In this document: in pieces, positions 30,984 through 40,208 of the stretch
How positions within the stretch are numbered: the stretch's first letter is position 1
Layout: each line of letters opens with the position of its first letter
Origin: Candidatus Bathyarchaeota archaeon
GTDB lineage: Archaea > Thermoproteota > Bathyarchaeia > TCS64
DNA: 64,000 nucleotides
Direction: 5' to 3'
Assembly (NCBI GenBank): GCA_963771885.1
Contig: CAVYVF010000023.1
Span: 928,001 to 992,000, forward strand
Program-made: the position numbers and the translations under genes
The notes under the pieces: generated by a model
Told to the model about the DNA's origin: nothing
Database searches by the model: none
What the model saw: only the letters and a program-made list of their open reading frames with translations

Positions 30984-32437
30984 GACATCTTCTCCTTCAA
31001 CTCAGTGAACTTATCGTATGCCTCGTCCCACGGCGATGTGTCGCTGGGCGAGTACTCCTCCACCTCAGTGGAGTCCCTGACTATTTTCCGTATGTGGCGT
31101 AGGTCTTTGACCCTTCCGCCAGCCATGGACTGGACGAGGACGTTTCCTATGGCAGTTGCCTCGGAGGGACCCGCGTAGACTCGCCTCCCCGTCGAGTCGG
31201 CTGCGAGCTGGCTCAGCAACCGGTTGCGCGCCCCGCCGCCCACGATGTGAATTTTGGCAATCCTCCTGCCCGACGCCTCCTCAAGCTGCGCGAGAGTATG
31301 TCTATAAGCCAAGGCGAGTCCTTCGAGGGAGACCCTTATCATCTCGCCCCAGCTACTCGGCGGTTTCTGACCCGTTTTAGTGCAGAAATCGGTGATCGCC
31401 TCAGGCATCGAGGGTGGATTCAGGAAGCCTTGCCAGTCGGGGTCAATTACCGCAACATGTGGCTCCGCCGCCTCCGCGAGCCTCGTCAGCTCGTCGTAGC
31501 TGTAACCTTCACCCCACGCCCTGCGGCACTCTTGAACCAGCCAGAGCCCTGCGATGTTCTTAAGCACCCTGTATGTGTTGCCGACGCCGCCCTCGTTCGT
31601 AATGTTATACTTGTAGGACGCCGTGTTGATGATTGGGCGGGGAGACTCTATCCCTATCAGGCTCCACGTCCCTGAGCTAATGTATGCGAAGTCGCTGCCC
31701 TCAGCGGGGACGGCTGCGACGGCGGAGCCAGTGTCGTGGCAGGCGACGGCGACAACGGGCACCCTCCCTAATCCTGTGGTGTCGCGCGCCTCCTTCGTCA
31801 GGTCGCCGAGGAGAGTCCCCGGTTTGACTATCTCCCCGAAAAGCCGCCTAGGTGCTCCGACCGCGGCGACTATCTCTTCGTCCCACCCACCAGTATGTGG
31901 GTTATAGAGGTGACTCGTCGTGGCGAGCGTGAATTCGTTGGACGCGGCGCCGATGAGCCGGTTGTTGAACAGGTCCCCAATCATGAGCAGGCGGCTCGCC
32001 GAGCCGAACGCCTCGGGCTCGTCCCTCGCCGCGGCGACCAGCTGGAAGAGGGTGTCGAATGTGAGTAACTGTATCCCGGTTCGACGGTAGAGTTCATCGA
32101 GCGGCATCTTCTCGGCGAATGCCTTGACGGCGCCTTCGGTTCGCCTGTCACGGTACGCGTAAGGGGGCGCTAACAAGGCACTGTTACTGTCCAGGAGCGC
32201 GTAGTCGACGCCCCACGTGTCAATCCCAATCGTGTCTGGTTTCCCGCACCTACGCATTCCTTCATGGATCTCGAAGAGCAGCTTTCCAACATCCCAGCGA
32301 AGGTGTCCGCCCGCCTCGACCATCCCGTTAGGGAACCTATGCACCTCGGAGACGGTGAGCCTATCGTCGTCGCCCAGCTCGCCAAGAATACCTCTCCCAC
32401 TAGAGGCGCCAAGGTCGAATGCGAGGTGGCGAGACAC
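30980..32437 (-). CDS. rhaB: Rhamnulokinase (FGGY family)
   Basis: DLGASSGR, IDTWGVDY, YRD.RT, HDTGSAV, ISSGTWSL, TNEGG, KNIAGLW, EATAIGN. Confidence 0.93.
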   Translation of the reverse strand: MSRHLAFDLGASSGRGILGELGDDDRLTVSEVHRFPNGMVEAGGHLRWDVGKLLFEIHEGMRRCGKPDTIGIDTWGVDYALLDSNSALLAPPYAYRDRRTEGAVKAFAEKMPLDELYRRTGIQLLTFDTLFQLVAAARDEPEAFGSASRLLMIGDLFNNRLIGAASNEFTLATTSHLYNPHTGGWDEEIVAAVGAPRRLFGEIVKPGTLLGDLTKEARDTTGLGRVPVVAVACHDTGSAVAAVPAEGSDFAYISSGTWSLIGIESPRPIINTASYKYNITNEGGVGNTYRVLKNIAGLWLVQECRRAWGEGYSYDELTRLAEAAEPHVAVIDPDWQGFLNPPSMPEAITDFCTKTGQKPPSSWGEMIRVSLEGLALAYRHTLAQLEEASGRRIAKIHIVGGGARNRLLSQLAADSTGRRVYAGPSEATAIGNVLVQSMAGGRVKDLRHIRKIVRDSTEVEEYSPSDTSPWDEAYDKFTELKEKMS

Positions 32438-32470
32438 GTGGAAGAAAACGCCGGATCAGTATTTAACGCG

Positions 32471-33625
32471 TCACTCGAAGGTCCAGTCGTCCTTCTCCAT
32501 CCATATCTTCTCAAGAATCTTCCGCGCCTGCCCGGGGGGGAGACTGAGGAAGAACTTGTCTACGTGCTTGCACATGCGCTTCCTGTCCGTTGTCTTCTTC
32601 CAGTCGTCGCAGTCGTGGCGTAGGATCTTGCCAGCGAGGTCTACCTCGATGGCGTAGTCCTTGATCTTTGCCTTGACTAGGTCCTTCGTGTTAAGGGTGA
32701 CCTTTACCTCCTCGGGCATCTGCTCGGCTCGTGCGAGGCGCCCGTTGTCTGTGAAGTGGGTGAGCAGATCGGCGACGCTGAGACCCTCCTCCTGCTCCTT
32801 ATAGGACTCTAGGGGCTGGACGCCGCCGGGGCGCAGCGCGCCCGCCCTGTGCTCCTTGATCTTTGCGAGTGCGGACTCCTGCTCCGGCGTAGCGCCGCCC
32901 ATACCTTGCAGTAGCTCGATCGCGTTCTTTACTGCCGAGGCGTTGAAGTGGTTGTTGAAGTAGCCGTAGGTCCTCTTCGCCTTCTTTGTCACCTCTTCGA
33001 TCTTCGGCTTCCACTCCTCGAGCTGGGGCTTGGTGTACTCGTAGTCGTACCAGAGGCGTTTGCCGTGTCCGTGCCAGCGGATGTAGGCGAAGTCGGCAGT
33101 GATGTGTGTCTCCGGTGGGAGAAGTGGCTCGTCTACGATGGTGTAGGCGACGTTGTTCTTCTCCAGCATCTTAAATGTCTCCTTCCTGAGCCAGCTGTCG
33201 TGGCGGAACTCGATGGCCCACTCGTGGTTCTTCGGGAGTATTTCGAGGAACTTTTCGAGGTCGCCGGCGCTCTCCTTGTATGTGAACATGGGGCGCGTCT
33301 GAATGAGTATCGGCCCAAGCTTCTCCGCGAGTGGCTGTATGAGGTGTATGAAGCGCCACATGTCGTCCTCGACGCCCTCGCTGAGCTTGAGCCACTTATC
33401 GTGGGTAATGAGTTGAGGGAGCTTCGCGGCGAATACAAAGCCCGGTGGCGCGGTACGCGTCCAGCCCTCGATGAGACGCTCAGTCGGGTAGCTATAGAAG
33501 GTGCTGTTGATCTCAGACGTGCGGAAAACCTTTGTGTAGTTGGTGAACATGCCCTGCTTCTTGTCGTAGAAAGGGCCTATCCACTCGTCGTAGCTCCACC
33601 CCGAGGTGCCTATGAGGAGACTCAT
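32471..33625 (-). CDS. DUF72 domain protein with C-terminal SWIM-like Zn finger
   Basis: IGTSGWSY, EINSTFY, EFRHDSW, YIRWHG, YFNNH; tail HDCDDW...MCKH. Confidence 0.88.
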   Translation of the reverse strand: MSLLIGTSGWSYDEWIGPFYDKKQGMFTNYTKVFRTSEINSTFYSYPTERLIEGWTRTAPPGFVFAAKLPQLITHDKWLKLSEGVEDDMWRFIHLIQPLAEKLGPILIQTRPMFTYKESAGDLEKFLEILPKNHEWAIEFRHDSWLRKETFKMLEKNNVAYTIVDEPLLPPETHITADFAYIRWHGHGKRLWYDYEYTKPQLEEWKPKIEEVTKKAKRTYGYFNNHFNASAVKNAIELLQGMGGATPEQESALAKIKEHRAGALRPGGVQPLESYKEQEEGLSVADLLTHFTDNGRLARAEQMPEEVKVTLNTKDLVKAKIKDYAIEVDLAGKILRHDCDDWKKTTDRKRMCKHVDKFFLSLPPGQARKILEKIWMEKDDWTFE

Positions 33626-33725
33626 GCCGCTCACCAACTCCTCCTCCCCACGACGGCGGTAAAAGGCTTCACCCAAAGTATGAAATGCGCGCCACCCTCA
33701 TGCTTCTCCATCGGTGTCATTTGGC

Positions 33726-34112
33726 ATGATCAGGGTTAGGAGACTCAGCGAGGAGCCGGGCGCCCCCGAGGCGGAGAGCGGGGCGCAGGGCGTAAACTCA
33801 ATCGACCTAGTCCTCAAGAGGGCGGACCTCAAAGCATTCAGCAGCAGGGTACTCCGAATAGCGCCGGGAGGCCATACGGCGTTTCACAGCCACGCCCGCG
33901 AGCACCTCGCCGTCGTCCTCAGCGGCCGCTGCAGGGTAGAGACAAAGGACGCCAACCAGGAGATCAGGGGTGGAATGGTCGTCTCCATCCCAACTAATGA
34001 GGGGCACAGGTTCTTCAACCCGGGCAGCGACCGACTAGCCCTCCTCGTCCTCAACTTCTTCACAGAGGAAGACAAGCCCAAGGATCCCGCGCCGGAGGAG
34101 CCCCGCCCATGA
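33726..34112 (+). CDS. Cupin domain protein
   Basis: PGG...HSH..EH....LSG and IP....H.F.N cupin motifs. Confidence 0.85.
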   Translation: MIRVRRLSEEPGAPEAESGAQGVNSIDLVLKRADLKAFSSRVLRIAPGGHTAFHSHAREHLAVVLSGRCRVETKDANQEIRGGMVVSIPTNEGHRFFNPGSDRLALLVLNFFTEEDKPKDPAPEEPRP

Positions 34113-35125
34113 ATGTACTAGAAGAGGGCAGAGGCGAGCTACTCGCCTGGATGGACCCCGATGACGCCCGTGACTGGATGGCGACGAGGAAGAGCAGGAA
34201 TCCGACTGACAAGTTGATGCCTCTTAGGGAGGCGGTGTCAAAGTTCACCTTCGACGGCGGCTACCTCGCCATGGGCGGCTTCGGCCACGTCCGAGTTAGC
34301 ATGGCGGGCATCTACGAGATGATAAGGCAGGGCAGGAAGAACCTCGCCATCGCAGGCAAGACGGCTGTTCACGACGTCGATGTCCTCATTGCCTCCGGCG
34401 TTGTCGACCGCGTTGAGTGCGCCTATTCTTTCGGCCACGAGCTACGAGGCCTCAGCCCCGCCGGGCGCAGGGCCGTCGAAACGGGTAAGGTTAAGGTGCT
34501 CGCTGAGTTGAGCAACGCGGCTTTTCAGTGGAGGTTCAAGGCAGCTTCCATGGGGCTCCCCTGGCTCCCGGCACGCGTCATGATGGGCACTGATACGTTC
34601 AGGCACAGCAGCTCGAAGACCGTCGAGGACCCCTACACGGGGAAGCCGATCTGCCTAATCCCCGCCTGCTACCCCGACTTCGCGTTCATACATGTGCACC
34701 GATGCGACAAGTTCGGGAATGCCCAGATCGACGGCACCGTCATCGAGGACAGGGAGCTCGCCATGGCGGCCAAGAGGCTCATAATAACAACGGAGGAGGT
34801 CGTATCCGAGGACGAGATCAGGGACGCCCCTGATCGCACAGTCATCCCATTCTTTATGGTGGACGCTGTCTGCGAGGTTCCGTATGGGTGTCACCCCGGC
34901 AATATGCCCCTCATCTACTACAGCGACGAGGAGCACATGGCGGAGTGGCTTAGCCTCAGCAGGAGCGAGGAAGGCGTCAGGAAATACCTCGATAAGTACG
35001 TGTTCCCCGTCAGCGACTTCGCCGAGTACGTTGCCCTCGTCGGCGGTGAGAAGAGGATGGATTATCTGCGCCGTCTTGAGAGGCTTGAGGAGCCTCTGAC
35101 GGCGCCGTGGGCGAGGAGGGGCTGA
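34109..35125 (+). CDS. CoA-transferase subunit A (glutaconate/3-oxoadipate CoA-transferase-like)
   Basis: GGFG..R, AASMGLPWLP, GTD, PDFAFIH...D.FGN, PYGCHP. Confidence 0.9.
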   Translation: MNVLEEGRGELLAWMDPDDARDWMATRKSRNPTDKLMPLREAVSKFTFDGGYLAMGGFGHVRVSMAGIYEMIRQGRKNLAIAGKTAVHDVDVLIASGVVDRVECAYSFGHELRGLSPAGRRAVETGKVKVLAELSNAAFQWRFKAASMGLPWLPARVMMGTDTFRHSSSKTVEDPYTGKPICLIPACYPDFAFIHVHRCDKFGNAQIDGTVIEDRELAMAAKRLIITTEEVVSEDEIRDAPDRTVIPFFMVDAVCEVPYGCHPGNMPLIYYSDEEHMAEWLSLSRSEEGVRKYLDKYVFPVSDFAEYVALVGGEKRMDYLRRLERLEEPLTAPWARRG

Positions 35126-35127
35126 CT

Positions 35128-35889
35128 ATGGCATACAATCCCACCGAGCTAATGGCGTGTGCCGCCTCTCGCGTGCTGGAAGACGGTAAGTCCGTTTTCG
35201 TCGGCACCGGATTACCAATCATCGTCTCGATGCTCGCGCAGAGGACGCATGCCCCCAACTTGCTCGTCGTATTCGAAGCTGGCGGTGTAGGGCCAAAGAT
35301 ACCTGCCATCCCCATCAGCGTCGGGGACAGCCGCACATTCCACAAGGCTATCATGGCTGCGAGCATGGACTATGTAATGAGCTGCGCCCAGCTCGGCCAC
35401 ATAGACTTCGGCTTCCTCGGCGCCGCCCAGATAGACGCCTACGGCAACCTAAACACCACCTGTATAGGACAGCACGAGTCGCCGAAGACTCGCCTCCCCG
35501 GTAGCGGCGGCGCGAACGACCTCGGCAGTCTTTGCTGGCGTAACATCGTCCTCATGCGTCAGGATACTCGCAAGTTCGTCGAGAAGCTCGACTACCTCAC
35601 CACACCCGGTTACCTGAATGGCCCCGGCGCACGGGAGAAGGTGGGGCTTCCACGCAACACGGGCCCTTACCGGGTCATAACCCAACTCGGCGTCATGGGA
35701 TTCGATCCCGAATCGAAGCGGATGACGCTCGTCTCCACCCATCCCAGCATATCGGTGAAGGATGTGGTAGACAACACGGGGTTCAAGCTCATAATCCCCG
35801 ATAACGTTCCAACGACGGACATGCCGACTGGCGAGGAGCTACGCCTCCTACGCGAGGAGCTCGATCCCAACAAGATTGTGATCGGCTAG
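35128..35889 (+). CDS. CoA-transferase subunit B
   Basis: FVGTGLP, catalytic Glu in FEAGG, GAAQID.YGNLN, RLPGSGGAND. Confidence 0.92.
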   Translation: MAYNPTELMACAASRVLEDGKSVFVGTGLPIIVSMLAQRTHAPNLLVVFEAGGVGPKIPAIPISVGDSRTFHKAIMAASMDYVMSCAQLGHIDFGFLGAAQIDAYGNLNTTCIGQHESPKTRLPGSGGANDLGSLCWRNIVLMRQDTRKFVEKLDYLTTPGYLNGPGAREKVGLPRNTGPYRVITQLGVMGFDPESKRMTLVSTHPSISVKDVVDNTGFKLIIPDNVPTTDMPTGEELRLLREELDPNKIVIG

Positions 35890-36833
35890 AGGCGAGGCTT
35901 CACTTTCTCATTGAAGAGCCTTATTCCCTCTATTTCTTCGCCGAAATGGAATCTGAGGATGAAGTGGTCGACGCCAATCGCCTTATATTCCTCGATGCGG
36001 GCTGCGACCTGTTCGGTTGTACCGACGAGGTTCGGGGGTTGCTTAGCCAGGTACTTCGCGTATGGGGTGTTTTTGTTCGCCTCGCGTTTCTTAAGAATGG
36101 CACTCAGAGCATCCTCGTCCTCCGCCATTGTGATCATGAGTCCGGCGGACTTACGTATGCTTGTGTAGTTTCTGCCGCGTACATCGCAGTAGCGCCTCAG
36201 CTCCTCGAGCTTTGTCTCGAACTTCGGTGGCGGTATGGTCCAGGCAAAGTTGACGGCGTCTGCGTGGCGCGCTGCTATTTTCAGGGTGAAGCTGCCTGTG
36301 CCTCCGATCCATATGGGTGGGTGGGGCTTCTGTAGGGGCTTCGGGGCGCAGACCGCGTCATGGACGCCGTAGAACCTTCCCTCGTATGTGGCCTTCTCAT
36401 CCGTCCACATCCTCTTCGCGATCTCGAGGGCGTCGCCGAGCTGCCTTATCCTTGTGTCGGGTGAGGGGAAGGGGTAACCGTAGGCCGCGTACTCGACGTC
36501 CTTCCATCCCGCGCCAAGGCCGTAGTTGAAGCGGCCGCCGCTGATGTTGTCGACTGTGGCCGCCATCTTCGCCGCGAGGGCGGGGTTCCTGTAGCTTTGG
36601 GAGGCGACCATTGCGCCGAGGCGCAGCCGCCTCGTATCCCGGGCGAGGGCTGCAAGGGTCATCCAGCACTCGAGGCAAGGCGTATCCACCGACTCCGGCG
36701 TCATGAAGAAGTGATCCGAGACCCAGAGCGACTCGAAGCCGAGGCGCTCCGCCTCCGCTGCGATCCCCCTGATTCCTTCGTAGCTGAAGCCGTACTGGGG
36801 CTCGATCTGTAGCCCGAAGTCGAGGCGAGCCAT
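35886..36833 (-). CDS. LLM-class F420-dependent oxidoreductase
   Basis: LWVSDH, YRNPALAAKMAATVD..SGGR, GLGAGW, PKPLQKPHPPIWIGG. Confidence 0.9.
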   Translation of the reverse strand: MARLDFGLQIEPQYGFSYEGIRGIAAEAERLGFESLWVSDHFFMTPESVDTPCLECWMTLAALARDTRRLRLGAMVASQSYRNPALAAKMAATVDNISGGRFNYGLGAGWKDVEYAAYGYPFPSPDTRIRQLGDALEIAKRMWTDEKATYEGRFYGVHDAVCAPKPLQKPHPPIWIGGTGSFTLKIAARHADAVNFAWTIPPPKFETKLEELRRYCDVRGRNYTSIRKSAGLMITMAEDEDALSAILKKREANKNTPYAKYLAKQPPNLVGTTEQVAARIEEYKAIGVDHFILRFHFGEEIEGIRLFNEKVKPRL

Positions 36834-36928
36834 GTAGGCAGATCGTCGCCGCGGCGATATAACCCATAACGCCTAAACCGGCGATAAGAGATAAACGTTA
36901 ATTGCGGGACACCCGACTGTTTGTTCGA

Positions 36929-37465
36929 ATGGTCGACTACTGGCGCGACTTCCCCGCTGGCCCTGACGTGCCGAGTCAGGTGTACGTCGTTACCGAGATC
37001 ACCCGCGGGGGGCGCAATAAGTACGAGTACAAAGCGAAGCAGGGCGTCTTCATGCTCGACCGCGTCCTTTACACTTACTACCCCTGCGACTACGGCTTCA
37101 TCCCCCAGACACTTGACGACGACGGCGACCCCCTGGATGCAGTGCTCCTCATAAACGAGCACACATTCACAGGTTGCGTCACAGTGGCGAGGCCCGTCGC
37201 CAACATAAAGATGTGGGACGACGGCGTACTCGACGATAAGATAGTAACCGTGAGCACGACAGACCCCTTTTACAAGCATATAACGAGTCTCGCCGATATA
37301 CCGAGAAGTGTCATCGACGAGATCAACTACTTCTACAACAACTACAAGAGGCCGGAGAACAAGGAGACGAAGGTCGAGGCGTGGAACGACGTGGGTGAGG
37401 CGAAGGCCCTCATCGAGACGTGTCAGAAGCGTTTTTGGGAGAACTACGCCAAGCTCAAGGCTTGA
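36929..37465 (+). CDS. ppa: Inorganic pyrophosphatase (family I)
   Basis: NKYEY, LDRVL, YP.DYGFIPQT..DDGDPLD, DDKI. Confidence 0.95.
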   Translation: MVDYWRDFPAGPDVPSQVYVVTEITRGGRNKYEYKAKQGVFMLDRVLYTYYPCDYGFIPQTLDDDGDPLDAVLLINEHTFTGCVTVARPVANIKMWDDGVLDDKIVTVSTTDPFYKHITSLADIPRSVIDEINYFYNNYKRPENKETKVEAWNDVGEAKALIETCQKRFWENYAKLKA

Positions 37466-37507
37466 CCTCAGAAAGATATTAATCGCATAGCGCGGCTATG
37501 GTGCTAG

Positions 37508-38668
37508 GTGCGCGTTTTGGACCACGAGCGCGAGTTACTCATGATTCCGGGACCGACGATGGTCTCACCCAGGGTCCTTAGGGCACTCGCTAAGCCGATT
37601 TTAAGTCACGGCGCGGCGGAGTTCACCGAGGCATACACGGAGACATTAAAGCTACAGAAGAGCCTCTTTGTGTCGAACGGAACGCCCTTCCTCTTAGCGG
37701 GGAGTGGGACGCTCGGCATGGAGGCGGCTGCTGCGAACCTTGTCGAGAAGGGTGATAAAGTCCTCACCATTGAGAACGGCTTCTTTGGCGAGAAGTGGCA
37801 GGAAATAGTCCCTGCTCATGGAGGTGTAGCTGACCGCCTCACCTTCGAGTGGGGTAAGGCCGTCGACCTCGGGCTGGTCAAGGAAAGGATCGCCAAGGGT
37901 GGCTACAAGGCCGTCTGTGTCGAGCATGTCGACACGAGCACAGGCATCGCTAATCCCATCGAGGAGATAGGGAGGCTCGTAAAGGGCACCGACGCCCTCT
38001 ATGTGGTTGACAGTGTCTGCGGACTCGGTGGCATGCCACTCAAGATGGATGATTGGAGCATCGACTTCTGCCTCAGTGGAAGCCAGAAGGCGATAGGTGC
38101 GCCTCCGGGTCTCAGCCTCTTCTGCGTAAACGAGAAAGCGTGGAAGGCGATAGAGGCTAGGAAGACACCTATTGCTGACTACTACACCAACCTCAAGAGG
38201 TGGCGCCCTATCATGGACGACCCCAAGAAGTACTTCGCCACACCCGCAACGGGTATGGTCCTCGGGATGCTCGAGGCATATAGGATCATACACGAGGAGG
38301 GGCTGGAGGCGCGCTGGAAGAGGCACGCACTCTTCAGCAAGGCGTTCCAGGCAGGCATCAAGGCAATGGGGCTAACTAGCTTCCCTGACGAGAAGAGTCT
38401 CGCCCACACACTCAGCGTCCCTAAGCTCCCTGACACGGTCAAGGGCAGCGAGTTCCGAGCCGCCATTGGCAAGTTCAACGTAATCACTGCTGGTGGACTC
38501 GGGGCAGTAGCTGACAAGACGATACGCGTTGGCCACATGGGCAGCGACATGGTGAACGACATCACCGCCACTCTTGCCGCTATGGAGATGAGTCTCCACC
38601 AGCTCGGCGCGGTTAAGGAGCCGGGCGCCGGCGTAGGTGCAGCGATGAAGGTCTTCGCTAAGGCATAG
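37508..38668 (+). CDS. Class V PLP aminotransferase (alanine-glyoxylate/serine-pyruvate type)
   Basis: LMIPGPT, GSGTLGME, HVDTSTG, VDSV, GSQKA PLP lysine, RVGHMG. Confidence 0.92.
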   Translation: MRVLDHERELLMIPGPTMVSPRVLRALAKPILSHGAAEFTEAYTETLKLQKSLFVSNGTPFLLAGSGTLGMEAAAANLVEKGDKVLTIENGFFGEKWQEIVPAHGGVADRLTFEWGKAVDLGLVKERIAKGGYKAVCVEHVDTSTGIANPIEEIGRLVKGTDALYVVDSVCGLGGMPLKMDDWSIDFCLSGSQKAIGAPPGLSLFCVNEKAWKAIEARKTPIADYYTNLKRWRPIMDDPKKYFATPATGMVLGMLEAYRIIHEEGLEARWKRHALFSKAFQAGIKAMGLTSFPDEKSLAHTLSVPKLPDTVKGSEFRAAIGKFNVITAGGLGAVADKTIRVGHMGSDMVNDITATLAAMEMSLHQLGAVKEPGAGVGAAMKVFAKA

Positions 38669-38703
38669 AATCCACATTTTCGTGGGCTCGACCACCAAAC
38701 TTT

Positions 38704-39183
38704 TTACACTCCTGCCAGTAGAACGGGCATCTCTGCTTCGGCTTCATCCTGCACAATCAAATTTTCCCACTCCCTGCTGTAGTCGCGGACGAAGCAGATC
38801 GTCGGGTCGCCCCTGATCGTTCCTCTCTTGAAGTCGACGTCGTACTCGTTCATCACATCGCAGACGTCCCACTGGTCCTTGAACATAATATCTGATACGA
38901 CGAGCGGCGTCTTCTCGAAGCCGAAGGCGTTCAGGGTCAGTCTCCTTCTCTTCCCGTACTGGAAGAGGTCCTCTCCACTCTTGATATATATGGGATGGTG
39001 TTCCCAGAATACCCTCCCACGTGGGAAGAAGTCGAAGCTCCACCGCCCCACCTGATACTCATGCCCCATCTCATCCATGGAAAGCCCGAGCCATTGGAGA
39101 TAGCGGAAGCACTGAACCTCCTGGTAGCTGACGAACCTCTCTCCCCTTATCACGAAGCCTAGGTCGTCCCTGAGTATCTTCAT
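38704..39183 (-). CDS. Hypothetical protein, possible PD-(D/E)XK (Vsr/DUF559-like) nuclease fold
   Basis: S..E...L...G....EY......DF......FWE pattern. Confidence 0.45.
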   Translation of the reverse strand: MKILRDDLGFVIRGERFVSYQEVQCFRYLQWLGLSMDEMGHEYQVGRWSFDFFPRGRVFWEHHPIYIKSGEDLFQYGKRRRLTLNAFGFEKTPLVVSDIMFKDQWDVCDVMNEYDVDFKRGTIRGDPTICFVRDYSREWENLIVQDEAEAEMPVLLAGV

Positions 39184-39393
39184 GCACTTACCCCTGTCTG
39201 GCTTCGTGGGATGCGCGGGGATGGCAGGGTTGTGTCTATAATGCGTCGCTGGGGGTTCCCGCTCCTTGGCAGAGTGGATTGTCCTCCCGACTCAAATGAA
39301 TAGTTCCCGGAGCCGAGATAACGTTTGCCACCCCGCGAAGGCGACACGGATGATTATTAAGGAGTAAAAACGTCCATCGACGCCCTGCACTTC

Positions 39394-39455
39394 TTTATAC
39401 AGGCGGTAAAAAACGGGTATTGTTCAGAATGGTTGGGACATTATTTATACAGGCG
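39394..39455. repeat. 12-bp direct repeat TTTATACAGGCG x2
   Basis: Copies start at 39394 and 39444 (50-bp period). Confidence 0.7.
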
Positions 39456-39549
39456 TGTCAATAACCGAGCTTGAAAACCACCTCAACCCCCATCTCTTGC
39501 TTCGCCTATGCATAGAAACTGTAAATACTTTACATACTCATGTTAAGTC

Positions 39550-39681
39550 TGCCCAAGCAACAGCAACCGGGGAACGAAAAGGCTCGAAGTACCCCGACAC
39601 TGACTCAGAACGGTGGGCCAAAAGGCTCAAGGGGCTTAGGCTCCTCGGGACCTCACCGCGACGAGGAGAAATGCTTGGGTA
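39550..39681 (+). ncRNA. Candidate structured small RNA of unknown family
   Basis: 10-bp closing stem, three internal hairpins, G-U pairs favour the + strand, BRE/TATA-like element ~25-30 nt upstream, T-rich end. Confidence 0.5.
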
Positions 39682-39755
39682 CCTCCATTTTATTAAAAAA
39701 CAGATCACCCCGCTTCTAGCAATCGTTAAAGCTCCGCCATGCTCCACTAGAAACC

Positions 39756-40208
39756 ATGTCCATAGAGGAGAAACTGAAGAATTTGGGCCTCGAGCTTCCC
39801 TCCCCGCCGAACTACAAGGGGAACTACGTAGGCGCCAAGTTCACAGATAGCATCGCCTTCAGCTGCGGTCAGGGTCCGTTCGCTTCAACGAAGAGGGGAA
39901 TGGTTGGTAAGGACCTCACAATCGAGGAGGGGTACAAGGCGGCCCAGGAGACATGCCTCAACTGCCTCGCTCAACTCAAGAGACAGCTCGGTAGCCTCGA
40001 CAGGATCAAGCAGGTGCTTCAGGTCATCGGCTTCATCAACAGCGCCGAGGGCTTTATGGACCAGCCCAAGGTCCTCAACGGTTACACAGACCTACTCGTG
40101 AACCTCTGGGGCGACCCAGCGGGGAAGCCGGCGCGCGCGGCGCTGCCTCTCCACCATCCCGGCTGGATCGCCGTCGAGGCGTGGATGGTCGTCGAGCTTA
40201 AGGAGTAG
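39756..40208 (+). CDS. Rid (YjgF/YER057c/UK114) family protein
   Basis: GQGP, G.VG.DLT.EEG..AA, GFINS..GF.DQP.VLNG, ARAA. Confidence 0.9.
   Translation: MSIEEKLKNLGLELPSPPNYKGNYVGAKFTDSIAFSCGQGPFASTKRGMVGKDLTIEEGYKAAQETCLNCLAQLKRQLGSLDRIKQVLQVIGFINSAEGFMDQPKVLNGYTDLLVNLWGDPAGKPARAALPLHHPGWIAVEAWMVVELKE

Noticed and set aside
39550..39681. Identification of the structured RNA as RNase P, 5S rRNA, SRP, tRNA or an HDV/hammerhead ribozyme
   Set aside because: AAGGGGCTTA resembles the RNase P 3' conserved region but the GAGGAAAGTCC partner is missing; the diagnostic cores of the other families were not found by eye
39455..39850. ORFs overlapping the candidate RNA (131 aa +, 69 aa -, 59 aa + from 39540)
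   Set aside because: No recognisable motifs, atypical composition, and the longest overlaps the rid gene out of frame
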